From contig NW_015170318.1 in the NCBI RefSeq assembly GCF_001447785.1, positions 83,181 through 147,166 on the forward strand: DNA of 63,986 nt, written 5' to 3'. A program made the position numbers and the translations under genes. This DNA comes from Gekko japonicus. Taxonomy: Eukaryota. Shown piece by piece: positions 50,380-61,855 of the stretch. Under the pieces are notes generated by a model, which was given only the letters and a program-made list of their open reading frames with translations, was not told the origin of the DNA and searched no databases. Within the stretch, counting starts at the first letter, position 1. Each line of letters starts with the position of its first letter.

Positions 50380-50690
50380 AAAAGGTAAAGGTTCCCTTGC
50401 TCAAAAGCCAGTCGAATCCGACTCTAGGGTTGCAGTGCTCATCTCCATTTCAAAGCCGGAGAGCCAGCGCTGTCCAAAGATGACTGGCTTTCGAGCAAGG
50501 GAACCTTTACCTTTTACCTACAATTTATCTACTTGCCATTTCTTGCTTTCGAACTGCTAGGTTGGCAGGAGCTGAAACTAGAGACGGGAGCTCACTCCGT
50601 CATGCAGCACACTCGGGTCTCGAACTACTGAACTACCGACCTTCCACAGCCTGCAGTTCAGCGTCTTAACCACTTGAGCCACCGCAGCTC
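50380..50690 (-). mobile_element. Sauria SINE with an internal inverted tail segment
   Basis: 14-bp TSD cttgttttccagta (50366-79 / 50691-704). Confidence 0.85.
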
Positions 50691-50901
50691 CTTGTTTTCC
50701 AGTAGGATTGAGCAAAAGGGCACCTGCAGAGTTGAGTCTATTCAGGGCTTTTTTTTTCTGGGGGAAAACGCTGGAACAGAGTTCTGGAACCTCTTTGACA
50801 AAATTCTTTTTAAAATGTTTAAAAGTTCTTGAGTTTTCAGTAAACAGATTGAAAACTTCATTTCCCTCTTGAGAGTTCTGGAACCTCTTTTTCAAAAAAA
50901 A

Positions 50902-51610
50902 CACCAACCCAAAACAGGATCTATTAATGGCATGCCCACAGAGGCAGAACTTTTTTTTAAGGGGGAAGCAGGTTTTTGAACCTCTTTTAAGGATACAGCG
51001 GCAATGGCTGTTACCACAGCTCCTTTGGGTCTCCTTTAACAGTGGTTAAAAAAAAAAAATCAGTATCAGGATAATCTAACACTGACCTTCTTCAGTCCCG
51101 TAGCTAAGGACTTTTTAGGGAGGGGGCCTGGGGGGACCCCCGCCTGCTAATCCAATCAAAGGTTCCGGGGCGAGGGCTGCAGCAGCCCCAGCCTATGGGT
51201 CCATCTCCCCCCCCCCAGGAGCCCCAGTGCCTCTTTCCGCAGCACAGCACCAACCCAAAACGGGGTCTATTAATGGCATGCCCACAGAAGCAGAACTTTT
51301 TTTTTTTTTAAGGGGGGGGGGGGAAGCAGGTTTTTGAACCTCTTCTAAGGATACAGCGACAATGGCTGTTACCACAGCTCCTTTGGGTCTCCTTTAACAG
51401 TGGTTAAAAAAAAAAAATCAGTATCAGGATAATCTAACACTGACCTTCTTCAGTCCCGTAGCTAAGGACTTTTTAGGGAGGGGGCCTGGGGGGACCCCCG
51501 CCTGCTAATCCAATCAAAGGTTCCAGGGCGAGGGCTGCAGCAGCCACAGCCTATGGGTCCATCTCCCCCCCCCCAGGAGCCCCAGTGCCTCTTTCCGCAG
51601 CACAGCACCA
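50902..51610. repeat. Near-identical tandem duplication, period ~350 bp
   Basis: caccaacccaaaac at 50902 and 51248; differences mainly in homopolymer lengths. Confidence 0.9.
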
Positions 51611-52894
51611 GGGATAGCCTCTGAAATCACTGCCCTTGTCCGCCCTGCCAACAGGTTGACAGGCAATCAGGGGGAGTTGGGGTAGGGGAGCCGAGGCTCA
51701 GGAAGGGGGCCCATAAAAACTGCTAGGGGGCCAGGCCCCGTGGGCCCCGCGTTAGCTACGGGCGTGGCCTTCTTGCAGACGTATGCCCCAGCACGACCAA
51801 GGATGAGCGTACAGGATTTATACCAGGGCACAGTAACTGCTGTGCAGAAGATTGCATTTTAGCAGAGACAGACAGAGGGGAGTGAACAGCTACGCTTTGA
51901 TCCTCCTGCACATTTTGATTGTGCAGAACTGCTGCCCTCTACTAGTGGGTCATGTGTTTACTACATGTGCCAGGTTGTAAAAGCAGGGAAATGACAAGGA
52001 GAGAGCCAGTTTGGTGTCATGGTTGAGTGTGCGGACTCTAATCTGGGAGAGCCATGTCTGATTCCCCGCTCCTCCACTTGCATCTGCTGGATGACCCTGG
52101 GCAAGCCGAAGTTTTGATAAGAGCTGTCCTTGAAAAAGAGCAGTTTCTGTCAAGAGCTCTCTCAGCCCCACCTACCTCACAGGGTGTCTGTTGTGGGGAG
52201 GGGGAGGGAAAGGAGTGTGTAAGCCGCCCTGAGACTCCTTTGGGTAGTGAAGGGCGGGGTATAAATCCAATCTCTTCTTCTTCTTCAGAGGCTTCATGAC
52301 CCACTTTTCGGTCCCAGCCCACAGGCTGAGAAACTCTAGTTCCAGCTCCTGCCAACCTATCAGTTCGAAAGCAAGAAATTGCAAGGAGATAAATAGGTAC
52401 CACTTCAGTGGAAGGAAGGGAACAGCGTTCTGTGCAGCCTTGGTGTTTAGTCATGCCGGCTTCTTCTTCTTCTTCTTCTTCTTCTTCTTCTTCTTCTTCT
52501 TCTTCTTCTTTTCAGAGGCTTCATGACCTGGTTTGGGGAGCCCTCCTCTATCTTATTTATGGCCATCAATTAATAAACATGTTTATTTTTATTATTGTTA
52601 AGTTTCCTCCACAACCTACAGTAAATTTTGCCGTTTACTTTTTAAAAATTCCTAATGCGAATGCCTATTTGTTTCTATTGGGAACGCCATGAGTGTAAGT
52701 CGCCAGCTGGAGCATTCTTCAGGTTTCCTCCCTCTCTTCAAGGTCTCTAATGACCGCTCTCTCTTCTGGGGACCTGGGAACACGTGACCACTACCGGACA
52801 GACAATTCCACAAGCTGCATTTGCTGAGGCTAGCTTTTGACCTGTTGAGAACATCTTGTGGAATATATCTTTATATCTATCTGGAATATATCTT

Positions 52895-53006
52895 TATAAA
52901 ATCAATCACTTGTTTCCTCCACAGCCCTTCCTCCATTTTGTGCTGCCAAGAACCATCTAAGGTGAAGACTGCAAGCAGTGGAGAACTCGAAAGCATTTGG
53001 GTGCAG
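52895..53006 (+). promoter_or_regulatory. TATA box and non-coding exon 1, probably of gene 4
   Basis: TATAAAA 52895-52901; donor CAG|GTCAGT at 53007 (or TTGG|GTGCAG at 53001); exon end resembles gene 1 exon 1 end (cgaa..attgggtg). Confidence 0.55.
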
Positions 53007-54767
53007 GTCAGTTGCAAAAACCATGTGGATAAACTGCTTCTGTGGGGGAGAGGGGTGGTGGTTGTGGGGGGGATCCTTCCCTAAAATGGAAGAGAAAGGG
53101 GGAAGAAGGCAGTTAGCTGAAGAGAAAAGAGGATTTCCTTGAAGTGTTACCAAAGTTGTCTTTACAGGGATAGCATTGTCACTTTCTCTACCGGAAATCT
53201 CATTGGGGATTACTGTAAACTGATGATCTAAAGCATAAAACATAACACTGTTGGTGTTACCTTCTTTGACAGGGAATTACAGAGACGTCATGAAACCCAC
53301 GTTCATTTTCTTTCTGCAAATCACTGCATACAGCCATAGGATTGATGGGTTATAGGATGTGAGGATTTCTACGGGGGTTTTTCCCCCCTCCCGGTAGCAG
53401 CATGAATCATGCAGTTCTTCCGACAGAATGGCATTTCCGTGTGCAGAACAGTGACTTCTGCTGCCCCCCCCCACATACACACACTTTACCCCATGTGCTA
53501 TGGGTTGCTAACTCTGAGTTGGGAGATTCCAGGAGATTTGAGGTGGAACCTGGGAAGGGTAGAGTTTTGGGTAGGAGAAGGAACACGGTGAGGCATAATG
53601 TCATAGACTCCGCCCTCCAAAGCAGCCATTTTCTCCAGGGGAACTGTTTGTGGTTGTCTGGAGCTCAGTGGTAACTCCAGATCTCCAGGCCCCACCTGGA
53701 GGTTGCCATTGCCATCCCTATGCTATTCCCGATCCTCTGCCCATCCCTGGCCGATTCCTGCCCATCCCTGAGATTGGCAGGGTAGAGAGTTCACTGCTGT
53801 TTCTGACTCCCACAGTAGCTGCCCAACTGAACATAAATGGAGGAGGAGATTGGATTTATACCCCGCCCTTCACTACCCAAAGGTGTCTCAGAGCGGCTTA
53901 CAAACTCCTTTCCCTTCCCCTCCCCTGTGAGGTGGGTGGGGCTGAGAGAACTCTGACAGAAACTGCTCTTTTTCAAGAACAGCTCTGACAGAACTATGGC
54001 TTGCCCAAGGTCATCCAGCGGCTGTGAGTGGAGGAGTGGGGAATCAAACCTGGTTCTCCCAGATTAGAGTCCGCGCACTTAACCACTACACCAAACTGGC
54101 TCTAGTAGGTAACCCTGGCCTTCATCTTGGCACACAGCACCCGTTTCTTAAAAGTCTGACGAATGGTTGAGGGATGTTGTCAAAATGCGTCATTACCTGG
54201 ATCAGTGTATGAATTTGTCCCCAGTGCAAAACGTTCAGGCATATTATGAACTGAATGGCATTAGCTCCCCGCCCCTCCAAAAAAAGCTCTTCTGTCTCAG
54301 AATGTAAATTAAGAGTCTGTGAGATTCTGCCCACATGGACCGTTCTCATTCAGTGGGCCAGGCATCCAAAGCCTGCTGGTTTATGGACATACACACAAAA
54401 AGTCCTTTAACATCTCTCTTACTCCAACTTCAACTCATGTTAATGGCTAGCAAACGTATGAAGTAGAAAATCACCCACTTTGTTGGGGCACACACAAAAA
54501 GTTCCTTAACGTTAAGCCCTTTGCTTTTGAAGATACTGCCCTTTGATTGCTTTGGACTATGTCGTTAGACGAGTTTTTGTTTGATGAGTATCTTCTTTTG
54601 TCTGTCTGGGTCATTTTTCTAGATTGCTGCAAACCTCTTAGCCAGCACTTGTTCCCTCTGCAGAGTTCTGCCTTGCTTCCACACAAGTTGGGGGAGGGGA
54701 CTGAAAGGTCCAGCCACTTTCCCCCACAATTGAGTCTCCGAACAGCCGTTTCCAGGAGGCAATAGGA

Positions 54768-55087
54768 CAGTGATGGCGAATCTTTTAGAGACCGAGTGCC
54801 CAAACTGTGACCCAAAACCCACTTATTTGTTGCAAAGTGCCAACACGGCGATTTAATCTGAATACTGAGGTTTTACTTTAGAAAAAAACAACTCATACAT
54901 TAACTTAAGATGACCCAAACAAAGTAAGGAAAGCAATTCCAAATGCTTTCATTTACTTAAAATTATTTGGCAGAGAATTCGACGCTTTAACGATAGTCTG
55001 GGCCTGGCTGGGGCGATGGCACGCGTGCCCGCAGAGAGGGCTCTGAGTGCCGCCTCTGGCACCCGTGCCATAGGTTCGCCACCACTG
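54768..55087. mobile_element. hAT non-autonomous element (partial inverse copy ~48124-48352)
   Basis: CAGTG(A/G)TGGCGAA TIRs; TSD caatagga/ccatagga. Confidence 0.78.
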
Positions 55088-55440
55088 CCATAGGAGAAGC
55101 CACATCTATGCAACCTTCACGTGCATTTTGTAGCAGAAGAAGAAACAGAGGCCTAATCCAAATAATACTATTTTCCCTATTACAAGTGGCCTGCATGTGT
55201 GTGGCAAAATCCTGGGTGTGCCCCTGGTTTGCACAGGAGACATCCACAGTAGCCACCTCCCGCAAGATCAGGAGACCAAAGGCAGAGAAAGAGGAGTCAG
55301 AGAGAAGCTTCTAGCATAGACAGAGGAAGGCTTCACACATAGCGCCAAGGGAAATACAGGGCTCTCCAGTGTCCAGGAATTGTGAGTCGCCTTTACTCCA
55401 ACACTTCCTCTCCCTTTCTTCTCCAGCGAAGGACTCAGCC

Positions 55441-55875
55441 ATGGTCTTTCTCTCCTTACCGCTCCCGTTCTCCGTCCTCTTCCTGGTTTCCTTGGTGGAC
55501 AAGAGCCAAGCTACTTACCAGACTTTCCTGAGGGAACACGTCGACCCCATGCGGATTATAATCAACCCCCATTTCTACTGTCAGGAGAAGATGAAAGCCC
55601 AGGGCCTGACGAGTCCCACCTGTACGGAAAAGAACACCTTCATCCACGCCAGCAACATCCAAGTCAAAACTATCTGTGGTGTCGGAGGAATGCATTCCAG
55701 CAACACCTCTTCGGACAGCCTGGCCAGCTACATAATCACGACCTGCCATTCCAGTGGGGGCTCCCCCCCAGACGACTGCAAATACAGAGGCCAAGGCGAG
55801 CGCCGGAGGATTCGGGTGACCTGCTCCAGAAGGGTCCCTGTGGGCATCATAAAAATCCTCACTACCTGGCCCTGA
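55441..55875 (+). CDS. Secreted RNase A-superfamily protein (gene 4), predicted catalytically inactive, 144 aa
   Basis: Strong Kozak gccATGg at 55441 after a long polypyrimidine tract and AG at 55425-26. FLREH keeps His12; CTEKNTF has Lys41->Thr; VPVG has His119->Gly; 6 Cys. Confidence 0.92.
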   Translation: MVFLSLPLPFSVLFLVSLVDKSQATYQTFLREHVDPMRIIINPHFYCQEKMKAQGLTSPTCTEKNTFIHASNIQVKTICGVGGMHSSNTSSDSLASYIITTCHSSGGSPPDDCKYRGQGERRRIRVTCSRRVPVGIIKILTTWP

Positions 55876-55961
55876 GACGTTGGGGCCGTCAGGACCCTTC
55901 GTTGCACTGGCGGGGAATCCGGGGACGTTCCGGGACATCCCCGACGTGATGACATCACCCA

Positions 55962-57820
55962 TAAATTTGTTTATTGATTATTTATTTGTGGTATTTTTAT
56001 CCCGCCCTCCCCACAAGCAGGCTCGGGGCAGCTTAAATTACCGTATTTTCCAGCGTATAAGACGACTGGGCGTATAAGACGACCCCCAACTTTTCCAGTT
56101 AAAATATAGAGTTTGGGATATACTTGTTTTGTTTTTCGGTTGTTTGCTACGCTCAAAGCGCAGCATGTACTACTGAAAGCGATAGAAAGACCAGAGTACC
56201 GTATTTACCGGGGTATAAGACGACCCCCCATTTCTGAGAAGATTTCCCTGGGTTAAAAAGTAGTCTTATACACCGGAAAATACAGTACTTGGCACAGTGT
56301 ACCGAGTGCATAGAAAACAGCGAAAACCATTGAAAACAAACAAACCGATTTACAATTAAAGTGCTCACCGTGTTATTAAATCAAGATGGCGTACCATACG
56401 GTGTGGCATCCAAGCACCCAGCTCTGTGGTCTCCCAGCATATCAAGCTAATATGGCTCACTTTCAACGACGGCCAGCCCAACGCCACCGATGTTAATAGT
56501 GGACGTTAATGGTAGTGGTGGGTGGCTCCTAATTGAAGACCTGGTGGAAGAGCTCCGTCTTGCAGGCCCTGTGGAATTGCAGAAGATCCCCCAGGGCGCT
56601 GATCTCCTCCGGGAGCTCATTCCACCAGTAAGGAGCCGCCACAGAAAAGGCCCTGGCCCTGGTGGCAGCGAGCCCAGCCTCCTTGGGGCCTGGGATGACT
56701 AGTCGATGTTGCGACCCCAACCGTAGTGCTCTCTGGGGTATATATGGGGAAAGACGGTCCCTCGGGTATGTCGGACCCTGGCCATATAGGGCTTTAAAGG
56801 TATGTACCAGCACCTTGAAGCGAATCCGGTATGCTATTGGCAGTCAGTGCAGTGCCTTCAGCACAGGCCGAATATGCTCCCGTCTAGGGATACACATCAG
56901 CAGCCTGGCCGCAGCATTCTGCACTAGCTGCAGCCTCCGGATTTGGGACAGGGGCAGCCCCATGTAGAGAGTGTTGCAGTAGTCTAATCTTGAGGTGACC
57001 ATCGCATGGATCACTGTAGCCAGGTCGTCGGCCAGGTCGTCGCGAACGAGGTACGGGGGCAACTGCCGAACCAGCCGAAGATGGTAAAAGGCCGACTTAG
57101 CAGTGGCTGCAACCTGGGCCTCCATCGTCAATGAGGGATCCAGGAGCACTCCCAAGCTCCTAACCTCTGACGCAGGCACCAATGGTGCCCCATCGAAGGC
57201 CGGGAATGGGAGCCCAAGCCCCGAGCCGCCCCGACTCAGGCACAGGACCTCCGTCTTTGCCGGATTTAAGCTTCAGCCAACTCAGCCTGAGCCAACCAGC
57301 CATGACGTGCAATGCCCAGTCCAGATCTTCCGGTCTGGAGCCCGACTGGCCGCCCAACATCAGAGAGAGCTGAGTGTCATCAGCGTATTGATGACACCCC
57401 AACCCATACCTCCAGGCTATCTGGGTAAGGGGGCGCATATAGATGTTAAAGAGCATCGGGGACAGCACCGCCCCCTGAGGCACTCCGCACTCAAGCGAGT
57501 GCCTCCGGGACTGCTGTTCCCCTAGCACCACCCTTTGTCCCCGACCTCGGAGAAAGGAAGCAAGCCATTGCAAGGCAAGCCCCTGTATCCCCACGTTGGC
57601 AAGGCGGCGGGTCAGCAACTGGTGGTCAACCATGTCAAACGTGTCCGACAGAACTAACAACAACAGTGCTGCAGCGCCTTGATCCAGATGTCTCCGGAGG
57701 TCGTCAGTCAAGGCGACCAGTGCAGTCTCCGTCCCATATTCCGGGTGAAAGCCAGACTGGAAAGGGTCTAAGACGGAAGCGTCATCCAGAAAGCCCTGTA
57801 GCTGTATCACCACCACCCTC
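55962..57820 (-). mobile_element. 5'-truncated L2-clade LINE (RT and 3' tail)
   Basis: DPFQSGF, TETAL, GVPQGAVLSP, YADDTQL, SRLDYCN; AT-rich tail at ~55962-56030; interrupted by a Tigger-like MITE. Confidence 0.9.
56041..56285. mobile_element. Tc1/mariner-Tigger-like MITE
   Basis: TA|CCGTATTTTCC...GGAAAATACAG|TA; internal gtataagacgac repeats. Confidence 0.75.
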
Positions 57821-58260
57821 TTCACTTCCAGGCAACACCATTATGTTGGGGATGTTGTACAGCGACATCCCTGTCTGGGGGTGGGGTTTACCCCACTGGC
57901 CAGCTACCTGGCAATGGGCAGAAGTCACAAAAACCAGGGGAACCCCCGGATCTACCAGCAAGAGCACTGCCGAGCCGCCTAATCGCAGCCGCATCAATGA
58001 TGTCATCATGTCGGTGATATCGGGGGCCATGCTCTGGTTTTTGGGCAAAACTCTATGGTAAAACTGGCTTCAAACCAGAGAGTTTTGCCCTCAAACCAGA
58101 GCGTCGCTGTGCAACATTCCCAACATGATGACATCACTTCCAGGCAACATTATTGTGTTGGGGATGTTGCACAGCGGCATCCCTGTCTGGGGGTGGGGTT
58201 TACCCCACTGGCCAGCTACCTGGCAATGGGCAGAAGTCACAAAAACCAGAGGAACCCCCT
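57821..58260. repeat. Direct repeat of ~125 bp, offset ~310 bp, inside a TE
   Basis: tcacttccaggcaaca...ggaaccccc at ~57822 and ~58134. Confidence 0.8.
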
Positions 58261-58929
58261 GCCCGGACCTTGGGACTGGTAACCCTATGAGATGTCCAAC
58301 CCGTGTTAGACCTGCAGATGACTTCTCCATTTAAAGTTGGGTTGCCAGGCAGCGGAAAGATTCTGGGGTGGCAGAATCCCAGGAGAAACATTTAAAGGAA
58401 AAATAAGGCTTCATCTACTTACAGGAAGTTCCTACCATAGAGTTCCTAGCAATTCTGAGAGCTATAGGCTTGCCAAGTCCCCCGGGGGGCATGGAAACCC
58501 CCACCCCAGAGGCCCGTTCCCCGCCGCCGGCGGATTGGGCCCCGGAGGGAACTCCACCTCGACGTACACGTTACCCGGAAGTGATGCGACCACGCCGGGC
58601 ACACTGGGGGCGGGACCACGGTCATTCAAGGGAAAACTCTATGGTTTTCCCTCAGATGGTCGTGGCCCCGCCCCCAGTGTGCCCACGTCACTTTTGGGTG
58701 ACGTGGATGCGGCATGCGCACGCTCCAGCCACAAGACAGGAGTCCCCCACTGTGGCGAAAAAATAACTTGGGAACCCTAGAGAGCTACCTGGAAGTGACA
58801 AAAGGTGCTCTAGGAATTACCAGAAACTCTGAAGTGTTCTTACCATAGTCTTTCCAACAATTCCTAAAGTTACCCTTTGTCATTTCAGGGTAGCTCTAGG
58901 ACTCGCCAGGAACTCTATGGTAAGAACTT

Positions 58930-59331
58930 CCTGTATGCAGACAAGGCCTCGTTCTTCTTTTTAATTGTTCTTCTGCCGCCACTCCCAGTGGTGGTGGGGG
59001 CAACGGGACCTGGGAGTGAGGGATCCACCACTCCTCCCCCGGGAGGGCATGGCAGCTCTGACTTCAAGACCCGTTTTAACTGAAGGGGTCTCCTCCAAGA
59101 TTTTTTTTTGGGGGGGACAGCAATGCCCTTGCACAACAAGTCTGCAGCCTCTTCTCAGTGACCTTCTGTCTCTTACATGCGCTCCACCAGTGATAGGCTG
59201 CATTTACTCTGGCTTTGGATAAGCAGTGTGTTCAAAACATGATTATTCATAGTTTCCGTCTAAGTCCTGATGACACTCAGGAAGTTCTAGGGCTACAAAA
59301 CTGGAAAAGCTCATTTAAAATACACGTCCAT
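58930..59331 (-). pseudogene. Probable decayed RNase A-family pseudogene
   Basis: ATG at 59331, 31 nt after a ccccAG (59364-63), then a stop-riddled hydrophobic leader. YE*SCFEHTAYPK (59251-59213) has the YxxxxxxH-xxxPK spacing of the paralogs; with frameshifts NAAY, ACKRQ, TEKRLQTC and RRP-FS follow. Read by eye. Confidence 0.4.
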
Positions 59332-61106
59332 GTCTGATCAACATTAACAATGCGCTTATTAACTGGGGTAACCAATAGAACGCCCGGTGGCCATTAGTTT
59401 CCCGCCTGTCTTGCTAAGCTTCCGATGCTAGCCGTCTAAGGCCCTTTGGCCGCTTCTTGCCTGAAAACAATAAAACTCAGTAAAATAATCAAGGTTAAAA
59501 CTCACGGCTCAAAAAGCTTTTTTGAGCTTTAGTAGGAACCCCCCCCTCCCTGAGAAATATTTTTGTATTTATTGTAAAGATCAAGTTGACTCAGTTATCC
59601 ATATCCGTTTTAATTGCCCCTGTTATAATTCATTTCATAACCAATATATTCCTCCCTGGACTAACCATCTACAGAACATTTCAGAACAGAAACTAAAGAT
59701 TTTATTGTCAGGCAAGATTTTAAAAAATCGCACATGTGATTTAGTCATATTTATGCAGTTATAGATTACTTATAAAATACTTTGATGTACGGCTCGCAGG
59801 CTGTTAAGTTACAGGGAAAGGATTTTGATAATGTTTTCCCCCTGAACAGCAAAACGTCGCTACGTGTTTGCTTCTAACAAAGTTTGAGTTCAGGGGCAAG
59901 GTATGAGCTTTTCTGCGCACGCACACTTCCTCAGATACACTGAAATGGAAGTCAAGAGTCCATATATATAGGCAGAGATCGAATAGCAAATTAGCATACA
60001 ACATATTGAAGACGTTTTAACAGATGCAAAGACCAAACAGGAATAACAGGCTACATTTATATTGTCACCATTTCTTTGGATTTAATTAGGGGTGGGGAAA
60101 CACAGTGAAGTAAATAAACATATTAAAATAGGAGACTAATATGTAAATGTATCCTTATTTGTGGAGTGCTAAGAGTAATTAACTGAGATCCTGTTGTTAC
60201 GCCCCATTCCTCTCCTCTCAAGCATGGAGGTAAATCTTACACATAATATTCTCAAGTAAGTCCCAATCTGTTCAATATGACTTCCCCAATGTTAGTGTGC
60301 ATAGGACAGCTGCCTAAATCTGCATCCACTACCATTATTACTGCAAACCTGTATACCTCCCAGACTAGTAGGAGAAACAGCATCTTTTCCAAGGCAGGAA
60401 CATTTTGGAGCTGCTGGAAAACCGTCTTCCCATTCTGCTGCCTTTAATATAGCACCATATTCCCCCTAGAAATGCATTCCCCACAAACAAGATCCTACTA
60501 TATAGCAGAAGGTCCCAGTTCGCTCTGCAATTTTCCTTTTGCTTCTTTGATTTCAACTTAATCCATTGCCTTCTCTTGGGGCTGGTTGGTTAATCAAAGG
60601 TTAATTATCACCTCCTAGAGCCTCAGCGGTGGCTGTGACTTGTGGTACTTTACAGTCCACACAGTTATGAAATAATGATCACGGTGTTTTCTCAAGTGAG
60701 CAGCGGCTTCGACTGTCTACAAAGCGTGAGACGGGACTTAAGACGCACACACGCGCCTCTCTTTCCCNNNNNNNNNNNNNNNNNNNNNNNNNNNNNNNCC
60801 CTAAGGAAACAACTGGTTCATAAACACCCACGGAGACAACAGGAAGTAACTGATCAGGCTAGAAGGAGAAGGGAAGAAATGTTTCCAAGACAACAGGTTT
60901 GCTAAGCCTCAGTACGGCACTGACCATCCACAGTTTACAATCCAATAAAAATTCAATCACAGCTGTAAAGTGCTCCAGTTTCAACACCGACTTCCGTGAA
61001 AGTAAAACCAGACAAAGTTGACACCAATCAGGCCTTTTAAAAAACCCCAAGATTATACAATGGAAGGTAGCTGTAGAAAAGGACAACAGTCCAGTAGAGC
61101 CTTAAA

Positions 61107-61438
61107 AGTAAAGGTTCCCTTGCTCGAAAGCCAGTCGAGTCCGACTCTAGGGTTGCGGCGCTCATCTCCGTTTCCAAGCTGAAGAGCCAGCGCTGTCCGA
61201 AGACGTTTTTTGTGGTCATGTGGCCGGCATGACTAAACACCAAGGCGCACGGAACGCTGTTACCTTCCCACCGAAGCGGTACCTATTTATCTATTTCTTG
61301 CTTTCGAACTGCTAAGTTGGCAGGAGCTGGAACTAGAGACGGGAGCTCACTCCGTCATGCGGCACACTTGGGTCTCAAACTGCTGAACTACCGACCTTCC
61401 ACAGCCTACGCGTCTTAACCACTTGAGCCACCGCAGCT
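61107..61438 (-). mobile_element. Sauria SINE
   Basis: Full body; imperfect TSD agtagagccttaaa / agtagaaccttaaa. Confidence 0.88.
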
Positions 61439-61537
61439 CCAAGTAGAACCTTAAAGACTAACAAAATTTGTGGCAGGGCAGGGGCTTTTGTGAGACACTG
61501 CTCTGAAGGAGTGAGGAGTGACTCACTTAAGCTCCTA

Positions 61538-61855
61538 GGTCAAGGTTTCCCTTGCGCAAAACCCAGTCAAATCCGACTCTAGGGATGCGGTGCTCATCTC
61601 CGTTTCCAAGCCGAAGAGCCAGCGCTGTCTGAAGAAGTTTCCGTGGTCATGTGGCCGGCATGACGAGAAGCCGAGGCGCACGGAACGATGTTACCTTCCC
61701 ACTGAAGTGGTACCTATTTATCTACTTGCAATGTCTTGCTTTCGAACTGCTAGGTTGGCAGGAGCTGGGACCAGAGACGGGAGCTCACTCCGTCATGCGG
61801 CACACCCGGGTCTCAAACTGCAGTTCTTAACCACTTGAGCCACCGCAGCATCCCC
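61538..61855 (-). mobile_element. Sauria SINE
   Basis: TSD cttaagctccta 61526-37 / 61856-67. Confidence 0.88.

Noticed and set aside
59100-59203. Beta-defensin-like exon (GCRLVVQGHCCP)
   Set aside because: Six-Cys defensin spacing not met in any frame.
60636-60961. Possible solo LTR (TG..CA, GCTG flanks); also the AT-rich LTR-like 36550-37318
   Set aside because: TSD short or imperfect, and the first contains a gap; insufficient support.
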